A stretch of 64,000 nt of DNA. It comes from a virus. Below the pieces are notes generated by a model, which had not been told where the DNA came from, ran no database searches, and saw only the letters and a program-made list of their open reading frames with translations. The stretch spans positions 15,358-79,357 of the IMG/VR virus record IMGVR_UViG_3300047551_002812. One strand, given 5' to 3'. Each line of letters opens with the position of its first letter. Position 1 is the stretch's first letter. The position numbers and the translations under genes are program-made. Below are positions 27,812-37,700 of this stretch, piece by piece.

Positions 27812-30730
27812 ATGTCATTTTTCGACGATTTACAGGCGTTCAAGGAGCTTACGATACGCACCTCGGAGAGTGTAGGTGGGCCATTTGGTGACCCGTTCAA
27901 CGAGATAGGCACTATAGTCTCCGTCTCCGATCCTAAAAGGCTGGGAAGAGTTAAAGCGCTTTATGCTGGAATGACGTCGGACTGGATGTACGTCCAAGGT
28001 AGCCATAAAGGCCATCTTAGTTCGCAGTATATTGGAGCTCCGTGTCTGATCTCGAAAGCCGGCGGGAATACGGGTGATGCCTTCGTGAGTCAGATCTTTA
28101 ATAAGGATCCTAGGGGCAGTGGGGTGGGGACTCCGATTCAACTCACAGTGATCGGGGAGCAGATGGAGGCGAGTAACTCCTCGTCCGATCCGGGAATGAA
28201 GTGCAATGAGGATAATGCGGGAAGGATATACCTGCTGGAGAACGAGATAAATCAGGACGTGGTGATATGTCTACGCCGTAGTAATACCCAGGAGGGCGGG
28301 GATCAGGTCTACGCCTGGAAATCACTGACCCATGGCAAGATGGTGGAGAAGGGTTTCGATCCCGGTGTCACCGACTCCCAGACTACAACGGACCTCTCGA
28401 AGAAGGTGGGACTGCCCAAGTGCTCTAAGGCGCTGGAGGGTGAGATAAGGGAGTTCGCCGAGGACCGGAAGTTCAGATCGACCATGCTAACCTGCCGTAG
28501 GGACGAGAATGGCGACTTTTCGTGGATGCCGGTATCCTCACCTCCGGTGGATTTCCGTACCACTCTTCCACCGTGCACCGAGAAGAATCACGGAATGCAG
28601 AAGGTTGTGGATACTGGACTGGACTCGGAGTCTGTTATGTGCCTTCGGTACCAGAAACAGATGAAGTGGGTGAGTTCCGGCTCGAGGAAACCCATACAGT
28701 TTCACAAGGAGGACCCGCCTCCTACCCGCGAGGAGTTCCTCTCGTCGAAGAAGCCGGTGGGCGCTCTGGCGCAGAATGCCTCGCCATCCTCCCAGGACTT
28801 TGTTGGTCAGGCCGGGGATAAAGTACTGGAGGCGGCTGGTAAGGCTGTAGCGCCAGTCTCACCGGACTCCAAGTTAAAACCGCCAACTCAGTCCGATGCG
28901 GGATTTGACGGGAAGCAGGTGCTCAGCGACCTCGGTAAGTTGGTCATAGCGAGTAACTCCGGCTTGTCCGTAGACGCGATCACGTCACAGATAGCATCGG
29001 CGATGAGCAAAGGTGGGGTTATAGATGAGGACCTGGAGAAGGTACTCAAGGTTCTCGGTGGAGCAGGTGATGCCATCTTTCAAGGAATCAAGAGTAACTC
29101 CTTGGAGAGCGCGTTCAACACCATAGGAAGAAATTCCTTTAACCAGGCGTTCAATGGTCTTCCGGCTCAAGTAGCCAGTGTGTACTCCGCATACATGTCC
29201 GGTGGCGCTTTGGGTGCCATAGATAGTGCTGCTATGATAGGACTTTCCAAGCTCCCACCCGAGGTGTCAAGATTTGTGGCGCCGGTGTGGGACCTCGGGC
29301 AAGACGTGATTAGCAACCAACCAGTATCTATAAAAAAAGTTCTTGGAAGTGCCCTCGGGGCTTTGGAGTCATCGCTCCCAGACTCTATCAATCAGATCAT
29401 CACTGTCGCTGGAGGAGCGGGCGGGATCTCCGAGATTCTTTCCGGAGAGATCTTTGATAAACTCTCCAAGGGTGATCTGGGGGAGATCGCTAAGATGGCC
29501 TCTAATTTTGCTAATCTTCCGGGTCTGCGGAACCTTGGCGGTCTTCAAGGAGTTCCCCAGTTAGCTACTTCCGCGCTCCAACTCGTGGGGCTGGGAGGTC
29601 AGTTCACCTCACTTCTAGGTCCCGCGGGCCTCGGGTTGAGTGGGTTCTCGGCTCTGACGGGTATAAACCCTGTCTCGGCTATACTCGGTGGGGTACCGGG
29701 ACTTGGTGGACTATTCAACAGCGGAAGTGATTGCCCGTGTGATCCGAAGTGCAGGAAGACTCAGCATGGCGAGGATTCCGATGGGAATAAGTTGCTCGAT
29801 CCGTGTGGGAGCGTTATCGCATCAAATCATAGCTCCTACGCCCCAAATGGTGATCCAACAGATAATAATAATAACCCGGTCTCGGCGGTTCTGAATCTCA
29901 TTCCTACAAAGATAGGGGAGGACCTATGCAACTCCGGAGGGAATCAGTGGGACCTTACCCAGCTCATCAAGAACGTGAAACGCCTCTCGGAGATGGCCGA
30001 CAGGCTCGAGGGAGCCAAACACGCTGACTGGCCAGAGTTGTGGTCTGAACTTACTTATACCTTCGAGGCGGTTGAGAAGGCTTTTAAGCAGACGGATAAT
30101 AACATCACGAAGGTGGAGTCCATAGAGAGAAAACTAATAGATGCTCAGTATCGTCTGATAAATAACCTGATGGTGGGTAACTCCTCGTTCCTCTCTCAGA
30201 CCTTTATGAGTATAGTAGAGACATCAAAAGCGATAAAGGATACATACGATTACGTTAAAGCGTTGGATAATGTGAAAAACGGAGGGAAGTTAGGTGTGAC
30301 TCCGACAAATAGTATGGTGAATGTCTTCGATAATATTGTTAAGATCGCCAGACTGAACGCATTGTCAAAGAAGGAAGCTAAGTTCATAACCGATAATTTT
30401 CTGAAATCAGCTCATGACGAGTGGAAGGAGCTAGAACCCGCCAAGGACCTTGTAAATATCACCGATTTTGTTCTAGGCGCGATCCCAAAATCCCTCCCAG
30501 CAACTTTTGGTAATTGTAAGACGAAACGGGATAAGGATAAAGTGCTTAAAGACTCGCTGGAGGCCAAGATAAACTCTCCGGTTCCGCCCGAACCAGATTC
30601 TCTACTCAATAGTCTATTGCCATCGAAATACTTTGATAAAGCATTTGATAAACAGAAAGAGATCTCGTCAATCCTGGACCAGATAAACTATGAACAAGGC
30701 AGAAGCAAAGAAGGAAAAGCAGACTGTTAA
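27812..30730 (+). CDS. Baseplate spike-like protein (gp5/gpV OB fold) with a large C-terminal extension
   Basis: N-terminal GTIVSVSDPKRLGRVKA...SDW, then Cys repeats, a Gly/Leu-rich segment and a coiled coil. Confidence 0.6.
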   Translation: MSFFDDLQAFKELTIRTSESVGGPFGDPFNEIGTIVSVSDPKRLGRVKALYAGMTSDWMYVQGSHKGHLSSQYIGAPCLISKAGGNTGDAFVSQIFNKDPRGSGVGTPIQLTVIGEQMEASNSSSDPGMKCNEDNAGRIYLLENEINQDVVICLRRSNTQEGGDQVYAWKSLTHGKMVEKGFDPGVTDSQTTTDLSKKVGLPKCSKALEGEIREFAEDRKFRSTMLTCRRDENGDFSWMPVSSPPVDFRTTLPPCTEKNHGMQKVVDTGLDSESVMCLRYQKQMKWVSSGSRKPIQFHKEDPPPTREEFLSSKKPVGALAQNASPSSQDFVGQAGDKVLEAAGKAVAPVSPDSKLKPPTQSDAGFDGKQVLSDLGKLVIASNSGLSVDAITSQIASAMSKGGVIDEDLEKVLKVLGGAGDAIFQGIKSNSLESAFNTIGRNSFNQAFNGLPAQVASVYSAYMSGGALGAIDSAAMIGLSKLPPEVSRFVAPVWDLGQDVISNQPVSIKKVLGSALGALESSLPDSINQIITVAGGAGGISEILSGEIFDKLSKGDLGEIAKMASNFANLPGLRNLGGLQGVPQLATSALQLVGLGGQFTSLLGPAGLGLSGFSALTGINPVSAILGGVPGLGGLFNSGSDCPCDPKCRKTQHGEDSDGNKLLDPCGSVIASNHSSYAPNGDPTDNNNNPVSAVLNLIPTKIGEDLCNSGGNQWDLTQLIKNVKRLSEMADRLEGAKHADWPELWSELTYTFEAVEKAFKQTDNNITKVESIERKLIDAQYRLINNLMVGNSSFLSQTFMSIVETSKAIKDTYDYVKALDNVKNGGKLGVTPTNSMVNVFDNIVKIARLNALSKKEAKFITDNFLKSAHDEWKELEPAKDLVNITDFVLGAIPKSLPATFGNCKTKRDKDKVLKDSLEAKINSPVPPEPDSLLNSLLPSKYFDKAFDKQKEISSILDQINYEQGRSKEGKADC

Positions 30731-32306
30731 GGAGATGGAGGAGAGTATCTCGTCTCTCTCCCCGTCTGACAAACAGGAACTACTAAGACTGAAGTGTCGA
30801 ACAGACTTTCTGACGTACGCCAGGTTCATCACGTCAGAAGTCCCTGTCGCGGGCAAATTTAAACCATTTCGTGTCCACGAGGTAATCGGAGGATTTCTTC
30901 AAATGATCGGCGATGGGGAGAAGGATTATAAGCAGAGCGCCATATCCCTTCCGCCTCGAACGGGAAAATCCCTACTTATCTCTAAGGTGTTCCCGTCGTG
31001 GCAGATGGGAAGAAGTCCAACGGCTCAGTTCATCATGAGTAGTTATGCGCTTCAACTCACCAATGAGAACTCCAGGGCGGTCATCGAGTACATTTCCCAC
31101 GAGAGTTTCAAGTGGTTATTTCCCGAGTGCGAGATAGATAGAGATAAATGCAATCTGAGCGTGATCCGGAACAATAACGGTGGGTTGATTAAGATTGCCT
31201 CAGCGGGCGGTAATGTTACCGGTTTTGGTTTTGGAGTAATCAGCGACGAGGAGTTGCCAGGAGTCGGGATACTGGATGACCTTCTCGCGGATGGTAACTC
31301 TCCGACCGTCATGGAGAGCACTTTTGCCTGGACTCAAACACAATTTTTGACAAGAGGTCTACCTAACAACTCCATTATCTCCATGGGAACGAGGTTTCAC
31401 GTGGATGATGTAATCGGCAGGCTTCTTAAGGCTGACCCGGAGGGCTGGAAGGAACTGAATGTTCCTGCATTGTGCATCGACGAGGACTCCGATGTTCTTC
31501 AGAGGAAACTGGGAGAGTCCCACTGGCCGGAGTTCTTTCCCGTTGAGAACCTCGAAGCGATCAAGAAATCCATCGGGGACAAGGACTTTAACTCACTCTA
31601 CCAGGGAAAACCCGCCGGTGAGCAGGGTGCTATCTTCAAGGAGCACTGGTTTGACTACCATGACAAGAATAGATCGAAGTACTCCTACATCTACGCCACT
31701 ATAGACACCGCCTACAAAGCCGACAGGATAAACGACTACACCGCCATCTGCGTGTGGGGGTACGACAAGAGTAACTCCAAACTCCATCTAATCCACTACA
31801 TCCTGGAGAGAATGGAGTTCCCCGATCTTGAGAAGATCTTTCCTCAGCTCGTTAAAACCTGGAAGATACGATGTATATACATCGAGGGTCGGGCTCAAGG
31901 GGTTCCGTTGATACAGACACTGAGAAGGACTATAAACATCTCGATTAAGGAACTAGTACCGAACAAGGACAAAGTGCTTAGGGCGAACGCTGTTGCTCCT
32001 CTGGCGGAAAGCGGTCTGGTGTCACTGTATGATAATCTGCCAAACCTCGCGGAGAGACTCTCCGAACTCACCTCGTTTCCGTTCATCAAGAATGATGACT
32101 TTGTCGATGCGTTCGTGTACGGTATAACGGTATACAGGGACGAGATCATGGGTGGAGGAGCAGTACACGGTGGGGATAGAAGCAAACTCCCGCGTCTTGT
32201 CCACGATCCCTTCTACAAAGGGGGTTCTAGGAGATTGTCAAGTGATCTTGGGAGGGTCGGTGTAGGCGTCTCAGGGCAGAAATCCTCGGCGACTCGGTAC
32301 CTTTAA
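30690..32306 (+). CDS. terL: Terminase large subunit
   Basis: Walker A LPPRTGKS, Walker B GILDD, motif C MGTRFH; nuclease motifs TIDTA, DYTA, DDFVDA. Confidence 0.92.
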   Translation: MNKAEAKKEKQTVKEMEESISSLSPSDKQELLRLKCRTDFLTYARFITSEVPVAGKFKPFRVHEVIGGFLQMIGDGEKDYKQSAISLPPRTGKSLLISKVFPSWQMGRSPTAQFIMSSYALQLTNENSRAVIEYISHESFKWLFPECEIDRDKCNLSVIRNNNGGLIKIASAGGNVTGFGFGVISDEELPGVGILDDLLADGNSPTVMESTFAWTQTQFLTRGLPNNSIISMGTRFHVDDVIGRLLKADPEGWKELNVPALCIDEDSDVLQRKLGESHWPEFFPVENLEAIKKSIGDKDFNSLYQGKPAGEQGAIFKEHWFDYHDKNRSKYSYIYATIDTAYKADRINDYTAICVWGYDKSNSKLHLIHYILERMEFPDLEKIFPQLVKTWKIRCIYIEGRAQGVPLIQTLRRTINISIKELVPNKDKVLRANAVAPLAESGLVSLYDNLPNLAERLSELTSFPFIKNDDFVDAFVYGITVYRDEIMGGGAVHGGDRSKLPRLVHDPFYKGGSRRLSSDLGRVGVGVSGQKSSATRYL

Positions 32307-32315
32307 TGGTATAAT
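32307..32315 (+). promoter_or_regulatory. Extended -10 promoter TGGTATAAT
   Basis: Consensus match upstream of the thioredoxin-sigma operon. Confidence 0.7.
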
Positions 32316-32347
32316 ACACGTGTATTACTTGCAAGTATACAAAAACT

Positions 32348-32662
32348 ATGACAGATCAACAGTTTAAATACAGAGTAGTCTTCTTTCACCAGCCGGGTTG
32401 CGTGGCCTGTAACACGATGAAACCCATCTGGGTCGAGACGGCTAATGAGATCGCCGAGGAGTACCCTCATTACTCGGTGGGATTTGGCGAGTGGGATGTT
32501 ACAACAGACGACTGGGCGTTCTGCGACCAAATCGAGTGCGACGGAACACCTAATTTCGCCGTGTTTAACGAGGACTCTGAATTGTTCGGACTGAATACCG
32601 ACGGAATGCTGGCAAAGTCCCAACTCAAGGAGTTTATCATCAATGCTATCGAAAAAGTATGA
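32348..32662 (+). CDS. Thioredoxin-like protein
   Basis: FFHQPGCVAC..MKP and the cis-Pro motif GTPNF; 104 aa. Confidence 0.8.
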   Translation: MTDQQFKYRVVFFHQPGCVACNTMKPIWVETANEIAEEYPHYSVGFGEWDVTTDDWAFCDQIECDGTPNFAVFNEDSELFGLNTDGMLAKSQLKEFIINAIEKV

Positions 32663-33444
32663 CAATTGAATCTGATAAGCAGGAGGGTTGCAGGTCTAGA
32701 AGGAGACTCTCCGAGAGGGACGAGCAAATTGTATCACAGATGTGGAAGGCCTCACAGGTAGCGAGGAAGATCTCCTCGTTCACAGGATTGCCCTACGAGG
32801 AACTGAGGGACGCAGCTCTTGAGTACATAGTTAAGATCTACGATTCTTGGGATCAGACGAAAGGCGCGAATTTTTCCACCTGGGTTAACAGATGCCTTCA
32901 ATTTCACATGCTGAACTACCTGCGCGATAATTCTCGGTTGGTTAAGATCCCACGTTCCTACTCGGATCTTTACCTCAAGATCCGAAAATACACTACGACT
33001 GATCCTAACATCACCGACGAACAGATCGCCGAAAAGATCCAGGTACCAGTTAAGAAGGTTAGGGCGGTTCGTCAAGCTTTTGCCATGAGTTTCTCCCCGG
33101 TAACAGAGTACTCTAACATCACCGAATCGGAGTACGAATCCGACATGACTATGGGCGATTTTATGGCCAGTCATAAGGAACTTCTACACAAGATCACTGA
33201 TCTTGACCCGAACGACGAGACGTTCCTCATGGACTACCTGGTGAAGAAAAGATCAGTTTCTACGCTGGTGCGTAAGAACCCTCATCTGAAAAATGCCGAT
33301 GATATCAGAAGATACTCGGAGCAACTTATAGAATTCATCCTATGCGACGCATCGTATCCATCCAAGGCACAGAATACACGAAAGGAAACTTCGAAAAGAA
33401 GTGGACAGAGGTCGTCAACGGAACAGAGTGTAACTACTTTGTAA
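32659..33444 (+). CDS. RNA polymerase sigma factor (SigF/SigB-like group 3), candidate late sigma
   Basis: Region 2 YEELRDAA...KGANFSTW...NYLRDNSRLVKIPR; region 3 TDEQIAEKIQV. Confidence 0.85.
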   Translation: MTIESDKQEGCRSRRRLSERDEQIVSQMWKASQVARKISSFTGLPYEELRDAALEYIVKIYDSWDQTKGANFSTWVNRCLQFHMLNYLRDNSRLVKIPRSYSDLYLKIRKYTTTDPNITDEQIAEKIQVPVKKVRAVRQAFAMSFSPVTEYSNITESEYESDMTMGDFMASHKELLHKITDLDPNDETFLMDYLVKKRSVSTLVRKNPHLKNADDIRRYSEQLIEFILCDASYPSKAQNTRKETSKRSGQRSSTEQSVTTL

Positions 33445-34040
33445 AAGGCCGTGATGAGGAGTTTCTTAGCGAGGTGGTAGATCTGATCCCCAGGTGGAAG
33501 GTTGTGAAGGACCGAGGGGACGTAAAGTACAAGATTAGAAGTAAAAAGTTTCAGGGTAGGGCAGTAAAAGGAATCGTCATGATAACTCCCAATTCTAAGA
33601 GGGAGGTCTGGATGGGGAAAGGCAAAGTCACTGACGAGCTCTTCCCGAGGGAGAAACCGGTTCCGGAGTACAAGCAGAATAAAAAGGATGCTCTGATTGC
33701 CATGAGGCAAATCGTGGAGCCTCAGATCAAGACATTCAGGATGAGTGTTAATCGTCAGCTCAAAAGGAAACCATTAAGGTGTCCCATGAGTGGGGATTTT
33801 ATCAACTCCGGAGAGTTCCATATAGACCACTCGTACCCATTTAAAAATCTCGTCGAGGAGTGGTGTAGGGATGAGAAGGTGGACTTGGAAAGGGTGGATG
33901 TTTACTGCCACGGGACAAAGTGCTACTTCAGAGACACCACTCTAGCTGAGAGTTGGTTTGACTACCACGCTATCAACGCGCGTCTTCAGGCATTGAGCGC
34001 AAAAGCCAACCTTGAGAAGGGTTCTAAGTACTACGGGTGA
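33342..34040 (+). CDS. DUF3223/DCL-like protein with an HNH-like C-terminus
   Basis: FHIDHSYPF..LVEEW and W..YH...ARLQ.L...NL.K; recognised from memory of the family only. Confidence 0.45.
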   Translation: MRRIVSIQGTEYTKGNFEKKWTEVVNGTECNYFVKGRDEEFLSEVVDLIPRWKVVKDRGDVKYKIRSKKFQGRAVKGIVMITPNSKREVWMGKGKVTDELFPREKPVPEYKQNKKDALIAMRQIVEPQIKTFRMSVNRQLKRKPLRCPMSGDFINSGEFHIDHSYPFKNLVEEWCRDEKVDLERVDVYCHGTKCYFRDTTLAESWFDYHAINARLQALSAKANLEKGSKYYG

Positions 34041-34718
34041 TCACTTCTTTTTCTTTTTCTTCTTGGGTTTGGTAGTAGATTTCGTAGTATTGTTACCAAT
34101 GGTGGGTTTGAATCCCTGTCCTGGGAACTTTAACAGAGCGAGATCGGAACTAAGATCGAGGTTCTCAAAACTCAACTCAAATATCTCCTGGGCAGCGTTT
34201 GCTAACATCTCCTCGATACCCTGAGTTGTCTTCTCACTGGACAACCAGGGTTTTCTACTATTTACCGGAGCAGCGTAGCCCATTTTATTCGCCACCTCGT
34301 AGATACCTTGGGACTTTCTACCAACGTAATGTCCAGCGTACAGTCTCCCAGTGATAATATTGATACCCTCTTCCGCGTACCTTCTCTTTAGAAACTGAAT
34401 TACCGCTCCATCCGGATTCTGATGGTCCAGGTAACTCTCTAGTTCTTGCACAGCAGACTGCGCTCTTGCTATAAGCGCTTCTCCGGGCTTGCCCTTGAAA
34501 CTTATCTCCACCTGGGCACTCTCCAGTGCTTCTATGTACCTAGTGAGATTATGCCTGGCTTCTTTGGAGTACTGAGCAGCTACTTTTGCGAGTATGTCTT
34601 TTCTCAACGACTCCTTCTGTGCTTTGATTATCTCCGCTTTCGCGACTTCTAAGATCTGTTTCTTAGCCGAGTTGAGTACCGCGGCCATTATTCCAGAGGC
34701 GATAACTTGTGGTATCAT
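34041..34718 (-). CDS. Hypothetical virion morphogenesis protein with a poly-Lys tail
   Basis: 225 aa ORF coupled to the hub gene; ITGRL..G motif like neck/tail-completion proteins. Confidence 0.5.
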   Translation of the reverse strand: MIPQVIASGIMAAVLNSAKKQILEVAKAEIIKAQKESLRKDILAKVAAQYSKEARHNLTRYIEALESAQVEISFKGKPGEALIARAQSAVQELESYLDHQNPDGAVIQFLKRRYAEEGINIITGRLYAGHYVGRKSQGIYEVANKMGYAAPVNSRKPWLSSEKTTQGIEEMLANAAQEIFELSFENLDLSSDLALLKFPGQGFKPTIGNNTTKSTTKPKKKKKKK

Positions 34719-37700
34719 CTATCGCACTTCATTGTTTTTACGATCTGCTCGGCGTACTGCTGTCTTCTCCTGCCTCCTCCACTTGCCACCTCGTACTTAC
34801 TCATCCAGAGGTCAGCGGCGGCTGATGCCGAACCCGAGGAATTCATACTTTCCACCAACCCACCACCGCGGGTCTTGATCTCCTGCACCATAAACTCGAG
34901 TTGGCACTGCAGGGTGCTGTTCTGCCCACACTTGCTTAGAACCTGGGACTTTCTCGATCCTCCCCACTGCACTATACCATAGCACTTCTCCTTCTGCCCG
35001 GAGACACTGCGGCAGGTAAGTCCCTGCCGCGAGGTGTTATGAACATTCGGATCGAATCCACTCTCCTCCTGCAGATTACCCAACGCGCCGGCAAAAGCAT
35101 TCGGAGTCTTTAACCCAGCGGCGTAGAGCGCGCTTATTATAGTGTCCTTGGTTGCGTCTCCGGTCTTGCAGTTTGCCGCCGGGAAAGAACTTGTACTCCC
35201 GCCGTTACCTCCGGTCTCCTGTCCTCCTCCGCTTCCGCTTCCGTACTTCCTGTAGAATTCTTGGGATTCTCTGCATAGTTCTTTGCACGAGCTCGTGTAC
35301 TCGCCGGTATCGGACTTCTTGACCGGGAAGCAGAGATCCCCAACGGAGCGTATGTACCCGTAGTAGTCGCGTGTGACATTGAACTCTCCGGTACTTTGCT
35401 GACCCTGCAGGTACTCGGAGAATGTTGGGGCGGAGATAACACTGTTCCCCCACGCATTATTAGCTTCTATATCCACCCTTAAATCTCCCTGCCTCCACAT
35501 AAACTGCACCTCTCCCACAAACCAGTTCCTGAATCTTGAGGGAATCCAAACTCCAGGATCGGTGGATGGGTCCTGGCCACGTGGCCCTCCGTTCTCCACC
35601 CAGTTGTCGTATTCAGTGATGAAGGACAGAATGGTCCTACCAGGAGTGATACGTAGGGCCCGAGGCACTCCCTTGAATGATGTCTCTATCGTCAGTGCTT
35701 TATTTGCTGGAGCACCGGCAATGGACGGACTGGTGTTACCTCCGGAGTCGGAACTTGTTAACCCCGGGAGGTTAGGAGGGATGGATTCTGGGGCGAGATG
35801 GGCCATTATCACGTCTCCCTCGGGGGTTCCTATCGTGACGTAATTTCCGAACCCACCACCGCACTGATCCGATAGGCTATTCTCCCTAACACACTTTGTC
35901 TCGTTTACTTGTTTTACGCTTGCTCCGTTCGTTATGTAGATATTTGACCTGTTACCGGGAAAGAAATCTATGCCCTGGTGGTTTCTACCCGCGCCATACC
36001 CTTGGTTCCGCTCAGCGTCCCCGAGAGGTTTATTTCCGGCGATCACGTACTTCCTCGCGATCTCCGTGAGTTTTGCCTCGGATCCTTGACCGGATCCTCC
36101 CGCAAACTGGAAGTGGACGTGGGGTGCGCTAGATCTTCCGGTCGATCCCACCTTCCCCACAAACACGGAGCCCTGCTGGCCGGACTGACCGGTTGTGGGT
36201 GCTGAGGTGGTGGGGGTTTTGCCCATCTCGGAGGCGATGGATCTCATGAGAGGGTCCATCAGTTGTTTGTACAGCGCCTCCTTCTGAGCAGTGGTCCCAG
36301 AACGCACTATGTTTCTGACTGGTGGGTCCATCCTCCCCACCTCCAGTATCGTACCTCCTCTTTTTGGCACTCCAAGGCCGTCCCGGTGGTTGACACTGAA
36401 CGCTCCGTAGGAAGAGGAGAGGGCTTCATCAAGAGGCCATATCCTCTTCCCTCCGGTGGGTGGGATCACACCACTTTTCCCATCAGTCTGGTCATTGTGG
36501 ATCTCTATTACCTGCTTACCTGCGGCGATAGCCTGTGTTGTCTTGCTAAACTGCGATCGAGGATCGGTGTCGGTCAGGTTCGATGACGGGGGGAGGTAAG
36601 TCTCGATAAGATCGGAGATACCGTACGCCTGGGCATTCCTTCCCGCCCACTTCACCAATTCTATGTTCAGTTTGTACTCGTCGGCTGCTCCGGAGGATGT
36701 TAGGTCAGCGTGACCGGCCATCAGCAGAATCTTAGATGGTTTGGCCGTGGTTGTCGCCTTCCAGTCCTTCAGCGATTGCTTAGGAGCGGGCTGAACGATC
36801 GCATTGGACGGACCGGTGGGAGCGTTCTTATTCTGAAAATCGGAGGTTGTCTCGGCGGGTGCGGCCCAGTTCCAGATCAACTGGGGGTCAATGGTTACCG
36901 TCTCGTTGCTATGACCATTTATGTAGAATCGTACTAGCTCCTTCTTGGCAGAGGTGGATGATCCGATCTCCTGCGAGATCTTTACCTCCTCGCGATTTTT
37001 GACCTTGACGCTGGAGAGGTTGGTCGACTCCTGGTAGATGTAGCGACCGAAGCATTTCTGCGAGTCGTCCTCCTTGCAGACCTGGAACCAGAACTCGGTT
37101 TTTATAACAACTTTCCCCTCACTCTCCGAAGCGCTCTCCACGATGCCCGGAAGATAGGAGATGGACGTGAGGCCATTGGGGGCGAGTCCGTACATGCCCG
37201 CCTTGGTGTACCGCTTGTTCTCCACCAGGGGACCCTGGCCGCTCCAACCGTACCCGTCCGCCTGGGGACCTTGGCATCGCTTCTCGCAGGGTTTGAACAG
37301 GTCCGGGAACGTGACTTTCTTGACATCCTGCAGCGCTTTGATCCTCTTCTGCTTTATAACCTCCTTTAGTGAGTACTTGCTCGCGGCAAAACTCGCGGAG
37401 AGATACGGATCACCATTGTTGATAGTAGCGCCGCTCTGCATATTCTGACCGGCGAAAGTGACTGGCGGCTCGCCATCTATCTGAAAAGTCTCGTAGAGGC
37501 CCTTGCCGAGATAGAAGACCATGCAACTCTGAGTTATCTCGCCTCGGGTGCATATACTTACTCTGTTTCCGTACTCCTTCACCGGCAGAGAGAGCATGGA
37601 ACCACCAGTAGCCGCGACAAGTTTCTTCATCGCCTCGTCCGGAGTGACTCCTTTGTAGATGATGGAGCGGGGAAGAATGTATGTTGACGCTGTGTCTTGG

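Noticed and set aside
34041-34070. Frameshift or slippage at the poly-Lys tail
   Set aside because: Mixed AAG/AAA codons end in a normal stop abutting the convergent gene, and there is no downstream frame to shift into.
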